From an uncultured Clostridia bacterium (lineage in GTDB: Bacteria; Bacillota; Clostridia; Christensenellales; UBA1242), in assembly GCA_937907645.1 (NCBI GenBank), contig CALCWV010000075.1:1-61063 (forward strand): a DNA stretch of 61,063 bases, given 5' to 3'. The notes under the pieces are model-generated. The model saw nothing but the letters and a program-made list of their open reading frames with translations, was not told the origin of the DNA and searched no databases. This document shows positions 48,201 to 52,723 of the stretch, one piece after another (within the stretch, counting starts at the first letter, position 1; each line of letters starts with the position of its first letter). The translations under genes were made by a program, and so were the position numbers.

Positions 48201-49688
48201 GATATTCTCTTCTGCTCTCTCTGAGATAAATCTAACTTTGATATTTCCAGTTGCAGCCGAGCCAGCCATGATAAATAATTCTGAGTTGTTGCTGATTGGA
48301 TTACTCTTCCAAATATTTCCATTCTTTGTGAACTCTACACTTACTCCATTGAGTGTAACTTTGATGTATCCTGATAGGTTATTTTGAGTTGCTGCTTCTG
48401 AACAATCAATTTCCATGAAGAAGTTTGACTCGCTTGGAAGAACTGTGTCTGGCTTCAACTGAACGTTGAACCATCTTCCCTTCCCATTTGCATAAGCTTG
48501 ATATAACTCATAAGTTGCCCCGTCTGGAACTAATCCTTCGTCTGATGTAACAACGATATTGTCAACAACATCGCTGACAGCAAATCTAACAGCATCGCTT
48601 TCAATCACTTTGTCGAAATATACATATTCCATTTCGAATCTAACTTCAGCTACTGAAGGATCGAAGTCCTTCTTTCCGCTAACTCTGTAGATATATTCAT
48701 TTCCATTCTTTGTTTCTAGTGGAACAGCAAGACAATCGTCTGTTAGAACTCCGTTAACATAGACATATGGTGTTATTTTGAAGTCATAGCTTGTATTAAC
48801 TGTAAATCTAATGTATGCTTCCTTCTCTTCAACGGCGTCGTTATTTCTAACGATAGAAATTGTATTTGTAATTGCCTGAGCAACTGATGTGCTATTTCTT
48901 CCAAAGTAGAAGTTGCCAAATCCGTCATTTACTGTATTTAAAACTTCGAGGTTTACTTCAGCTGTTAGGAATCTTGAATTTGCGATCAAAGCAATTTCGC
49001 TTCCAACATAGTTTTGTGAAACAAGCAAAGTTTTGTTATCTTTAATTGTTGCAACTACTTCAGCTGTTGCATTGAGTAAATCAATTCTTCCTTCTGCTGC
49101 GTTTTCTAGTTTTATGTATGATCCATCAGCAGTGTTAAAATCCCATGTGATTTCTTTTCTGTTGCTTTCTCCTCCGTTACGTGATTGCATTTCCAAGAAT
49201 CTGTCACTTCTAAGTTCTAATTCTTTTCCAATTTCAACAAACTGTGTTTTCTTTTGTCCTTCAAGGTTTTCTTTTTGTGTGAGTGAAACTAAATCGCTGT
49301 AAACATAGACATTGATTGTTACAGGATCGGCTGAGCCAGACCAACTGTTCAAAATTAATTGAGCTTGTCCTTCGCTTTGAGCTGTGAGAGTTATTACAGA
49401 TTGATCTTCGCTTGCACTGTAGTTAGTGTTTACTTGAACAATGCTTTCATAGTTGTTTGAGACTTTTACTCTTCCGTCATTGGCATTTAAAACTTTAGCG
49501 TTAACGGTCGCGGTGTGCACATCGCCTTCGTTAAGACTTAGTTCAATGTAATTTTCCTTATCTTCGGATGTAACGAAATAATCAGAGGAAACTTGAATCT
49601 CCCCTTTTAACTCTTCGCCACACGCTACAAAAACAAAGCTGCCTAATAATAAAAACGCACCAAATAATGAGAAAATAAATCTTTTCAT
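30270..49688 (-). CDS. Giant surface lipoprotein (about 6472 aa) with Ig-like domains, at least 4-5 GLUG-repeat beta-helix modules, and a Gly-rich collagen-like segment near the C-terminus
   Basis: Single uninterrupted 19.4-kb ORF. I set the start to ATG 49688 (MKRFIFSLFGAFLLLGSFVFVAC, lipobox FVAC), with AGGAG 6 nt upstream. The ORF-track GTG at 49742 adds 18 residues. Module openers (...Y.L.NDI.L...F.G.LdGnGyTI) lie near nt 46668, 43246, 41835 and 35430. Dense repeats include AGGIAGANSGTI, VGGLVGAVFG, IGGLIGYQKYG, AGGLIGQNS, VGGVVGEAA, AGGIVGHIS, FGGIVGKDEG and VGGIVGYSRGN. Confidence 0.9.
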   Translation of the reverse strand: MKRFIFSLFGAFLLLGSFVFVACGEELKGEIQVSSDYFVTSEDKENYIELSLNEGDVHTATVNAKVLNANDGRVKVSNNYESIVQVNTNYSASEDQSVITLTAQSEGQAQLILNSWSGSADPVTINVYVYSDLVSLTQKENLEGQKKTQFVEIGKELELRSDRFLEMQSRNGGESNRKEITWDFNTADGSYIKLENAAEGRIDLLNATAEVVATIKDNKTLLVSQNYVGSEIALIANSRFLTAEVNLEVLNTVNDGFGNFYFGRNSTSVAQAITNTISIVRNNDAVEEKEAYIRFTVNTSYDFKITPYVYVNGVLTDDCLAVPLETKNGNEYIYRVSGKKDFDPSVAEVRFEMEYVYFDKVIESDAVRFAVSDVVDNIVVTSDEGLVPDGATYELYQAYANGKGRWFNVQLKPDTVLPSESNFFMEIDCSEAATQNNLSGYIKVTLNGVSVEFTKNGNIWKSNPISNNSELFIMAGSAATGNIKVRFISERAEENIRKEVNFECVKAPSSITVQEDAVGYLATNVYNSRAFEVSVGGISTAQGLYLDFDRTLPIEESGITYENGKIKFSITNTALRFEKSEIKITLCHKNGMRADRDIILNTFVPLEEAKITVDPTTLTGVSSYTLSSGSLSALVATLGSSVKLNFNIKGVYTDLTIEDEMGALDNTWFNRTSNVLFAKQETAEAKTITFTFKGYDMDHEEVSKICSFTYEVYVPVTTMKANATTVDMVSEDSLSVEDSAKSVQHVIVNLRTDNNKVTYTDLGLFKISLGGDSFTLGSESEYAFSGDSYSYTVDNVKVENNQLSFDVHAKSTNGYGITRNTLNVEYTKFNLTFRLALTLNVKNATRISELVWENEVDSIYLDTSATDINDRNFVFITTSKPDDAYNKEIAYKFVPDNGTSASVLSIKDNIVSISSNLVTGGTGYVYMLPKDAIKNIQGIESIPYFSNESGQYVLSYVALSDIGNQYSALASNNSVFLAGLNADGSKNYVNLNKVIKKIRVIIADGQSEETAYRIYSEDQLKNISLSKHYILMNDITLENWASLGEFRGSLSGYVKESDRLTGNSSDVTITFAGTSNPLFAEISNKGSVKNLTFKGDVQDAFVAKLNKGTIENVKIDVRLVKDKEGNTRVAPSTVTAEDTVKGDAGAIASQNSGTINKAYVYGPAILGASAGGIAGANSGTISNSFVELYNFGDSVTSKITGETDGFAGGFVGRGTGTIENSYVYDYDLSTTGLSKITANGENARVGAMIGQDEGSTIKNSFAVANLNVYAGNKTNEELTASITDSYISYYEETKYTSTAPTSRNNDTSENWIFKGETNFQEYVNKGFAHLKFYQSNIINVADLSVQSIDGKVLSVDDYSGILMRTNITAALVSLSNGEKNRLEDANKISFSDLFGCEDSNDITVTSSDTDVVDVTSNSIVIKGTTTEEITLTVYSKKDYSKSQEFKFVVINTISNFKNDVTGNVLNLQVGNTASINYTIKSSIYLGTSKVYDLVQDNYEITADHNGITEKTEEGADFTPDNNNIDFTITGFTGTVAATNKEEVGSYSLKATLSVKGLANAYNDKIKESFEDTFTLKTFKGARHIGVSNSQIVIYPSTTSSVNVTLTTDNVDGDAILFKIVKDLENVDGTTLAVSEKSINEFTTFMDADVNKIKVLKANKGNSKQEYVLTVSIDENYKNKISEEETFYMIISSQSGTADNENFVVTIKLEPQDINHIDMTSYLHSNPTVEGNTTVYHRKNQISSMLSPGNFSYMVIGVDPTYSYYEYFTIGAESSEGYYLNLTKMVPWGGTLDAYTIDNSNEFSYLGNSIQVNPNKINGRPEQYIFRVYASKSITQDCIIPLTITFYGKNGEQLDTASYAYNITYQKPAEIEVNPEQNGSPVLAKGSSIPVKISLGKDQTLSREDIGLSGVKSGITIGEILGPFYNADGSKYYTTSVRANLTAAINGGTQGLGNFQVYARVSRFVNGVKEIEETRSTLTLVDFSLSSSTTEIEIYKDAIHDFELTYTFDPIEYADNEDSDIVKKLNLAREEFASKGYYLNNDEAFSINTEKGQDGDIQGIAVTERMYIEEGNNSTRVRFVDGVADCGKFKLTYDETTKKMTITGVATTDEPVRLKLVNRIYTNKLSSSYNEISCYYNISVTVYTDEEDNLLSISSAEDFLNIPNNATAENYILTNDIELVNYTPIDTSKIEMLDGNGYTINITSFNLEKGSTSIARALFSSVTSNTTLKNIRVNYYYGGQIDIDVSSRDGFSEIQVAGFAIDNAGIIYNCEVVCLPYYSSTLSYTDVNKLGLNVSLIRLKAEYILPNGTDINSEVAGFVINNTGVITNSRVGGDSVLVLNNDGQNASSEDLGTFNIIAQGRVSGFVSQNSGVITSSSANRVQITNKAQNINFFTSGFASSNSGRISTSFVQGTETTTGDDRTDKSLCLNGTSISSNGYVAGFVSNNTGSIDNSYSNIAIKGLNADEKLSYYAAGFVYQNSGRIELSYASCRMEGANISQSNFSGVGVKGESLNTGTIEKCYYNAKDSNLTEDVENAMQTGATLARNPSSETQFYGFSFATELDSNDGIWYIGNDGLLTLTEPNQITFSHRERIATTINGSSKYPYVSINGDDAFKYGGKKNPVIIRSAEEFDLAMGNPEAGTNLKNLVTGSYVNGVYRLVSTVDLSDLKVGEEEINLSSTNKTFRGVLDGNGFTIKNIAISAKRTENVLESVGLFSKIENGSIYNLKLEIQNVTATNSALVGGLAGTMTGNSRLINIAVTQVVPTGTGVSANTFGVKGDNLVGGLVGAVFGEAKITNVSITDPIVQSAYYDEKHSIKTDGFYDSQTIYDSQTITKEAFSYRKVRQELYNSERNFQDSISKLSFAGGLFGYIDAFKPSLRDSFNMETVSDNGYSITNLKGYNTANIRGEIVGGLVGFAGITSNVKDAGFIFTSSDETTNIISYNGAAGGVFGYTVSIIKQIYAEYDSETQDAIEDNLANYYGGSTSVERGYSEIFIDTSSWNVGAGDYIENKPEYIGGLIGYQKYGKLIASYSKINVIAGTDGCVAGGVVGRVGNPTPQSAWNENPINNDGVSGTSTTVLLNEVYSSGDVRGVVGSKFTAGGIVGSIAGNAKLSLTAVNSVNFFGISEYNQVDYQGDNSTYSLAKLEIYALVGERETDKEGKGAELNSILTLSQALAQQANQSEASEKHIGYVSSMNYKGITVDILPYPGFDKVKAKAEGKNDKQPLSKNLIEISPLSKITSRKTGYIEMNGYFLNSGNWSTDNWRQDLTDLYPKIKFVEILDVVYLDQYNIDETLILMRSSAKEIRVRGLDKSKTTQGPINLTEDQYQALLGIDNFAGRLIGGWDADGESDLSMIDTVPIVLDGKNLMFKRLGAGTVFKNLKIVYASGVKADGITFEDLDEIKQTGSTFIEQEVNECRFENVTFDYSKVGQISLTYAGTDNNYTAGLICPSAKSTSFIKVKFELGNNGGEGNYINVEYPASSNTTGGLPVESKIKSTKFGLLAGSILQANQYRTMEITEIDVHAQGKTTISLSGASDGYTVSPNEIFAGIYAGEIGDTNATQVTPASVNLTTKDIWSDNDGTNATSIEFNIVTKGSKLYLGGYVGKADIQTLVLKKEEKEDHPLNLDIITPQKETVDTTIYLGGMFGSLTANTISGTRAGISTSIRYNAINNDSKNSNKVAFGGLVGELGTPDEAINRFNIEVLGDLSFAVASANSKDGHITAEEIYIAGLIGNANVSSEFNFEAENINSSLGHLNNNDRYNFGLISSGEKTFISGGIGNIQHTVVKASQGNGSNATEKQYEADENSNLNITITLASFNSNIYKDTDNNPIEILSSGNVYTGGMFGKVFAKNLTIEKGTISHNENISANKSTFAGALGGDINLAGQFKLNTESSNADDKYTIESNIALNMSNNEDARVAGLVGSLSTDKLEMTSDSIKGINGNVTLKGQIKDLYAGSVFGSLTATACEEIANSSDLTISGNIVSDATIKFAHIGALAGSATGSATGAVNIGNNLTIDNFTVGKTANPINLTKDSIKNSYTENEIAPLSAGTIYAGGLIGQNSASVTVGGAEFTGNSKIALSATDNTYFGGLIGTTEGGNVSVTNFQNRGMLALTSSASSDYVGGVVGEAATSATIGISNAFVDANFFVNAENLTAGGIVGHISSARGEGITNSVFGGAFKVYGANLTSGTHTFGGIVGKDEGSSTINVTNNASYGDYIITYSGNAQKLSTFTFGGIVGYSKNLSIQGNLSLTTCNNDRIAKTEANDRIAETEANDRRHAILGALGEGTTTWDASNLYSHAVTLTTDDKSYKDNDNNDVMIGTDVGYNNTYAPSGTYRGYGSKYEGDYEIDGVNISELINNHSLISLITDKINDGSGLNLGITFNKGHKLNPITIGSTGADTTGADYNSTTVEVDNNSTLEKSTLNGVTYYVLKEDLTSANQIQVSPKNDCKLAIVGDARTVAFGTEQSAATTTYIAHELAQNEFISSIRLTANIETDSGVNGGLLNVMTGGTLYAVAVYGNISVGGTGAINLAPIVGNLKSGLIDESVAGANVLYRAGVGKDESGNDKTNTSAGGGEVAGFATLSDHNGEPITIRNSYSTGRVSTYINATTYGFIDGSSNGNVNVSNCYTISQIDWHDYVNGQTEPAAFNFGTAAYTNCWYDVNATEYSKTETGVTEKTTSAVTVDFAGVQSSTPGTGWTASEDYNFGYQTRNFGFLKQSSYATKTETAGADRYAQTKYTYTPKSWDEFTYGDNDFMIVPNAGKLAQISKLTNGRYVLTNDLELEKANLQGIELGSFSGTLDGQEYTIDYELSDDANSTTNKPLFTTLSGSVRNLRLMNVNINTSSDGVNIGSLAEKLTSSDSKIYNVVASGFINIPSNQNGGAHDVGGIVGYSRGNSSIEYCKNYVKVKSEALKSRVGGIIGNANGALTLSNCINYAPIQNDSTYYDGIRDCYTGGIIGKAAGINISYCGNTNSVIAGYVIDTDKDGGYVAGGIVGYVASGSVKNCYNTAMIKAGNKKSTKESYAGGIVGKADDGTFSNLYNAGVIEALGKNIEEEQIEKVRGQVDKNKLSGDVTIKIIDAKINVYAGGIIANNYNRCSSYKSDGLVLRNGIYEILEKGTTYFYDWGSGTKLKDYKGMSISFNASDVNITGYDELGYPSSFCVTGNRTITYGQVDTTHVFNTGVSKDANIMVSNQTIISETRYLKGTESYYEKSKITNEGTLTKEECEKLLKLNVDKTEDLKETSVGGKFTAIIKDSKGLEKTINNQYKVVDIEIDESYQNDIKKAIEEANYTPTISIENKNSQDYEIIDNKIVKKENKYYLRIGLLNKKEDSQDVNVNIIYNLTFVKADESVTINLSATNIVVDGENIKLYLSELQRSQLYENGSYLVTFTEKLNPDVKKSFDSKYEDGILHVIGAIKEGELGKNVTAKEISDTYNISYYGSGIEKSLSFEDNYTLSSKSDYAEIENTKSEFEKTSFTTGGQYKTLSNVNNKYIAYSNGNFNDSLINKYLYETGTYGDENNKIESIDLPNSELWTQKTYQKNLDGSLTITGIIENGDTKYEMDITCYINKKFVSTGEGTFILKDCDGQVVFKISYDTLVGAWLRSSIPVYVKFQRDDNYGKLGDGEGNFKYPTFKTTITTEKGATYTGTQVDQCIYDENISIGGFSYQTWHYESSINRTLTKIENSYTFTKAKDSIAVYEISDNYGNKKTYFDNSNNTSYTLDYSFSYSNPVTNVQLKFTTRSYKLYTETANYTYYLSVDPEMINERTSFTANVSQSNLVLIDNDNNEIKGSNGKITISNQDYAYFINGDKYILINQSTGEIINSNTEAYEIEEDGDKYTSNRVVITIGNDKYVCGSVNENVNSKLKTEKISISSKEAAAGTKEDPLAVEIDEVKYEFTYIDGKLAKVGTNSNVKFDNNNANTVLIKSIPYYYLIEEVNQDGMKQYKLTLSTIKFEVSFEKYSVNNYSIEVKVDNLSKSSDFTISYVESEVDVPYGDYIKEVQTRPETSYEFSEDGKKLSLIPNSDEDQEVEITFKYKTHNEYFSENTGESPYMSNISGKASYQNTSNSYEIIIFKSDININDNVKSIIKSKIIGNKYFLNFATNENYLINGIDTSEGEINDLNFAGAVVNDGTSDLSLINMGATKISGAKTFGSITSLNDITRDVYLFGNTGSGASSFVNYSRFKDDYDGTQINNLIKFDGISVNYGLIVGFDGKDGEDGESGETNNGRNGQSIGNAELENKGVLKAGLEGNGGHGMDGELGKDHTSSDQPKCGGKGQAGGLKGAPGEVSAKSSSGAIVTLKSGRNGWNGNNGHGGVDLSGSNFKFGVDEYKGVEVIGVEEISVKVSTFDYNSQNDETKEYADKSLKLYWDPALINDNRTYIRGRSHETYIFGRNGRIAANTFYCLPSRVAYNAFLYNSSNQLDRDGIVNFYNIYLYNDFSVHTYTIEATYFRKVNDVSKINASVGGDNI
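36864..36926 (-). repeat. 27-nt in-frame tandem repeat (2.3 copies) inside the giant gene
   Basis: Units at 36864-36890 and 36891-36917 differ at 2 positions, followed by a 9-nt partial copy. The repeat encodes NDRIAKTEA-NDRIAETEA-NDR. Confidence 0.9.
37675..37700 (-). repeat. 12-nt perfect in-frame tandem duplication inside the giant gene
   Basis: cccgtagccgat occurs twice (37675-37686 and 37687-37698) and encodes GSAT-GSAT. Confidence 0.9.
41193..41228 (-). repeat. 18-nt perfect in-frame tandem duplication inside the giant gene
   Basis: tatagtctggctatcgta occurs twice (41193-41210 and 41211-41228) and encodes YDSQTI-YDSQTI. Confidence 0.95.
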
Positions 49689-49769
49689 TTTCGCTCCTAT
49701 TTTATTATTTTTATTTTGAAAAATATTAGTCATAACTCTCACCTTTTTTCAACCTTTTTTTACAGAATA

Positions 49770-49809
49770 ATTTTACAATATTTTGTCATTAAATGTCAAA
49801 TGAATGACA
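49770..49809 (-). promoter_or_regulatory. Predicted promoter of the 19.4-kb gene, overlapped by an inverted repeat
   Basis: On the minus strand: TTGACA (49799-49794), an 18-nt spacer, then TAAAAT (49775-49770). The inverted repeat TGTCATT (49784-49790) / AATGACA (49803-49809) spans the -35 region, with a third TGTCA half-site between the arms. Confidence 0.4.
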
Positions 49810-49890
49810 AAAAAATAAATAATATATATAAAAATAAAATATCAATTTTTTTCGGCAATAAATCTTCCTGATTTTTTTGTCGAATTTTTA

Positions 49891-49919
49891 TTGATTTTTC
49901 CACGAAAATATATTAAAAT
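49891..49919 (+). promoter_or_regulatory. Predicted promoter of the TtcA-like gene
   Basis: TTGATT (49891-49896), a 17-nt spacer, then TAAAAT (49914-49919). The predicted +1 near 49926 leaves only about a 9-nt 5'UTR before ATG 49935. Confidence 0.4.
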
Positions 49920-49934
49920 AACCTTGGTGTTTTT

Positions 49935-50654
49935 ATGAGAAAAATTTTAAGTTTAATAAGAAAACTATGTAGCGAACAAAAGTTAATAGAGGATGGAGAC
50001 AAAATTGCTGTCGGACTTTCGGGCGGAAAGGACAGTCTTCTTTTGCTGACAGCTTTGAAAAGACTTCAATCGTTTTATGATAAGAAATTTGACCTTATTG
50101 CTGTGTCAATAGACCTTTCAAATGGCGAAATGGACTTCTCAAAAATCAAAGAATATTGCAAGAAAATAGATGTTCCTTTTTACAAGAAAATTACGAATGT
50201 TTTTGAGATAATTTTTGATATAAGAAAGGAGAAAAATCCCTGTAGTTTATGTGCAAATCTAAGACGCGGGCTTGTTAACTCTTACGCTAAAGAATTGGGT
50301 TGCAATAAAGTAGCTTTAGGACACCATATGGACGACCTAATTGAAACTTTTGTTATGTCACTATTCTTTGAGGGAAGATTATCAACTTTCCAGCCTTCAA
50401 CATATCTTTCAAGAACGGATATAACTGTAATTAGGCCAATGCTATTTATAACTGAAAATGAGATAATTGAAAATTCTAAAGATCTCCCAGTTGTGAAGAA
50501 TGTTTGCCCTGCCGACAAGCACACTCAGAGAGAAAAAGTGAAGGAATTGCTAAAACTCCTAGACGAAAATTATGATGACGCAAAGAAAAAAATATTCACT
50601 GCAATAACTCATCCAGAAAGATTTAATTTATGGCAAGAAATAAATAAAAAATAA
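49935..50654 (+). CDS. ttcA: PP-loop ATPase, tRNA 2-thiocytidine synthase TtcA-like
   Basis: 239 aa with PP-loop GLSGGKDS, a CSLCANLRRG cysteine motif and ALGHHMDD. The overall pattern is TtcA-like. Confidence 0.7.
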   Translation: MRKILSLIRKLCSEQKLIEDGDKIAVGLSGGKDSLLLLTALKRLQSFYDKKFDLIAVSIDLSNGEMDFSKIKEYCKKIDVPFYKKITNVFEIIFDIRKEKNPCSLCANLRRGLVNSYAKELGCNKVALGHHMDDLIETFVMSLFFEGRLSTFQPSTYLSRTDITVIRPMLFITENEIIENSKDLPVVKNVCPADKHTQREKVKELLKLLDENYDDAKKKIFTAITHPERFNLWQEINKK

Positions 50655-50678
50655 TACACAAAAAGTATTATTTTTTTA
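50650..50678. terminator. AU-rich bidirectional terminator between the TtcA-like gene and spoIIID
   Basis: AATAATAC (50650-50657) / GTATTATT (50665-50672) with a 7-nt loop and T/A runs on both sides. The stem is weak, with a single G-C pair. Confidence 0.45.
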
Positions 50679-50811
50679 TAAAATAATGCATATTCTACGT
50701 TTTTAATTTTTAATTAAATAATTATGAATTAATTTGATATTTTTTTTACATTAAATTAATCATTTTTTAATAATTAATTAAAATCGCGATATATGCTTGT
50801 TTTTTATTTAT

Positions 50812-51066
50812 TTAATCATTTTCTTGCAAATATTTTTGCCTTGTTGCCTCCCCTCCTCTGAGGTGTTTTTCATTAAAATTCATTACCAAGATTTTGCTTA
50901 CTTCCTTCCAAAGCTTTGGGCTAATTTTCTTTAATCTCTTTGATACATCGAGGTGAGCTGTGCTCTTACTCACACCAAATATCTTTGCTGTTTCTCTAAT
51001 TGTTTGTCCGGTCTCTCTTATATAGCTTCCAATAAGCAAAGCTCTTTCTTTTATAGTCTTATTCAC
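50812..51066 (-). CDS. spoIIID: Stage III sporulation protein D (mother-cell transcription factor)
   Basis: 84 aa. IKERALLIGSYIRETGQTIRETAKIFGVSKSTAHLDVSKRL...HLRGGEATRQKY closely parallels B. subtilis SpoIIID (IKERTIKIGKYIVETKKTVRVIAKEFGVSKSTVHKDLTERL...HLRGGEATKLKY). It has a GTG start with GGAGG 5 nt upstream. Confidence 0.9.
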   Translation of the reverse strand: MNKTIKERALLIGSYIRETGQTIRETAKIFGVSKSTAHLDVSKRLKKISPKLWKEVSKILVMNFNEKHLRGGEATRQKYLQEND

Positions 51067-51134
51067 GACAACCTCCGTTGTATTAATCTATTCAAACGGA
51101 TGTCAAATTATGTCGTTTTTTGATTTTTTGACAA

Positions 51135-51160
51135 GAAAAAAGGCACTCGAGAGAGTACCC
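51135..51160 (-). terminator. Terminator after acpP
   Basis: On the minus strand: GGTACTC / GAGTGCC with tetraloop TCTC, followed by T6. One pair is G-U on the minus strand but a C-A mismatch on the plus strand, which supports the orientation. Confidence 0.7.
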
Positions 51161-51175
51161 GTCCTTTTTACTTAA

Positions 51176-51406
51176 TTATTTGTTTTCATCAATAAATTTA
51201 ACGATATCAGCGATTGTTTTCATTCCGCTAATTTTTTCGTCAGGAATTGAAATTCCAAACTCGTCTTCCAAGGTCATAACCATTTCAACTAAATCTATTG
51301 AGTCTGCATTTAAATCTTTAACTATATCTGCATTATCTGAAATGCTATCTACTGGTATACATAAATGATCAGCCACTAAACCTTTAACTTTTTCTAACGT
51401 TGTCAT
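51176..51406 (-). CDS. acpP: Acyl carrier protein
   Basis: 76 aa. It has the phosphopantetheine-attachment context LNADSIDLVEMVMTLEDEFG. No fab genes are adjacent. Confidence 0.9.
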   Translation of the reverse strand: MTTLEKVKGLVADHLCIPVDSISDNADIVKDLNADSIDLVEMVMTLEDEFGISIPDEKISGMKTIADIVKFIDENK

Positions 51407-51464
51407 TTTTTCCTCCTAGATGAATATATCTTATCACAATCAAAGGCAAAAATCAACTTATTAT

Positions 51465-51494
51465 AAAAAAAAGTTGAAATGAATTCAACTTTTA
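51465..51494 (-). terminator. Terminator after the SpoIIQ-like gene
   Basis: AGTTGAA (51472-51478) / TTCAACT (51484-51490) with a 5-nt loop, extendable by flanking A-T pairs. A T8 run follows on the minus strand. Confidence 0.6.
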
Positions 51495-51497
51495 TAT

Positions 51498-52166
51498 CTA
51501 TTTGTTTTGTAAATCTAAATAATTATTTGGGTCAACTTTCTTGTTATCCTTCAAGAGAGTAAATTCTAAGTGGTTGCCGTATTTGCTTGAAGCACTAGCC
51601 ATGCTTGAAGCAACGCCAAGCTTATCCCCTTTCTTAACTGTATCCCCTGCCTTAACTAGAACTTTGTCGTTTAGTGAAGCGTAGCAACTAACAAAGCCGT
51701 CATCATGTTGAACTTTGACAACATATCCTGTTAAATAATCATAGTCAACAGATAAAACTTTTCCGTCCAAAACTGAATATACATTTAAATCACTAGATGT
51801 CATATCGATATAGAAATGAGCTTCCCATCTATCTAAAGTCGCGTTATATTCCAGCTTTTTATCTGTAAAGTCTTTTATAATTGTTGCGTTTTGCATTGGG
51901 AGACCAAACGTTAATGGGTCAGTATCAACTGGCTCATCTGTCTTCCCTGGGTCGCTATCATCCGGCTCCTTATCTGGCTCTTGATTCTCTTTGTCATTGT
52001 CCTTGTTCTTGTCGTCATTTGAAACATCCACAACACTTTGATTTGAGTTATGTGAATAAACAACTCCAAGAGAAACCCCTATTACTACAATTAAGATTCC
52101 TGCAAAGATATACGCTCCATATCTTCTCATAAAATCCATAAATTTATTACTTTTTTTCGCTTCCAT
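51498..52166 (-). CDS. spoIIQ: Membrane-anchored degenerate M23/LytM-domain protein, SpoIIQ-like
   Basis: I set the start to ATG 52166 (MEAKKSNKF...), with GGAGG upstream. It has an N-terminal TM helix (YIFAGILIVVIGVSLGVVY), an acidic linker and a LytM domain. HFYID (HxxxD) is retained, but the Y.HL position reads YASL and HLHFE reads HLEFT. Confidence 0.55.
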   Translation of the reverse strand: MEAKKSNKFMDFMRRYGAYIFAGILIVVIGVSLGVVYSHNSNQSVVDVSNDDKNKDNDKENQEPDKEPDDSDPGKTDEPVDTDPLTFGLPMQNATIIKDFTDKKLEYNATLDRWEAHFYIDMTSSDLNVYSVLDGKVLSVDYDYLTGYVVKVQHDDGFVSCYASLNDKVLVKAGDTVKKGDKLGVASSMASASSKYGNHLEFTLLKDNKKVDPNNYLDLQNK

Positions 52167-52217
52167 TATTACCTCCAAAAACTTTATTGACACATTTTGT
52201 TTTTCTATACATAATTT

Positions 52218-52652
52218 TTAAAAACCCGTAAGTATCATGGGAAATCCAGCTATTATTCTATCTCCTTGCACCACAATTTGTGTGTTTATTCTCTTGTTAT
52301 TTGATAACACAAAGCCGTCATATTGCGTAGTAAAGCCATAAATTATCTCCTTATCATTGATTTTCTCTGTTCTATCAACAATGAGGTTCAACTGATCTTT
52401 TAATCTATCTAATTCACTGTTTAAGTAAAGGACAATTCCCTTCGGTTTTACTTTGTTTGCTTCTTCGCTTGAATTAAATAAAACGTAATTGTAGCTCGCT
52501 GTTTTGAGCGAATCAAACTCTTCCACTTCCTCGTCCGTTACTATACATATTTTTTCAATGCCGTCCAATGATAAAACCCTGCTTGGTTCGTTTTTTATAA
52601 ACCACCCTATGGCCAGCGGGACTATTAAAAAAAGTAGCAATAATTTTTTCAT
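52218..52652 (-). CDS. Hypothetical secreted or membrane-anchored protein
   Basis: 144 aa with an N-terminal hydrophobic segment (MKKLLLLFLIVPLAIGWF). I cannot assign a family with confidence. Confidence 0.5.
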   Translation of the reverse strand: MKKLLLLFLIVPLAIGWFIKNEPSRVLSLDGIEKICIVTDEEVEEFDSLKTASYNYVLFNSSEEANKVKPKGIVLYLNSELDRLKDQLNLIVDRTEKINDKEIIYGFTTQYDGFVLSNNKRINTQIVVQGDRIIAGFPMILTGF

Positions 52653-52723
52653 ATCATAAATATTGCCACTTTAAAGTTTTATATACACGATCTTACAAGC
52701 AAAAAATAATTAAAAAACGCAGC

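Noticed and set aside
9158-49688. IgA1-protease/zinc-metalloprotease or sortase-anchored (LPXTG) identity for the two GLUG-containing giant proteins
   Set aside because: Scanning both translations by eye found no HExxH motif and no C-terminal LPXTG plus hydrophobic tail. Both proteins instead have N-terminal lipoboxes. They are called only adhesin-like lipoproteins.
50655-50811. Extremely AT-rich spacer with many TTAATT/AATTAA palindromes, considered as an origin-like or regulatory element
   Set aside because: I saw no DnaA-box-like motifs or ordered repeats. It is a convergent-gene spacer containing a plausible bidirectional terminator, and the palindromes are expected by chance at this composition.
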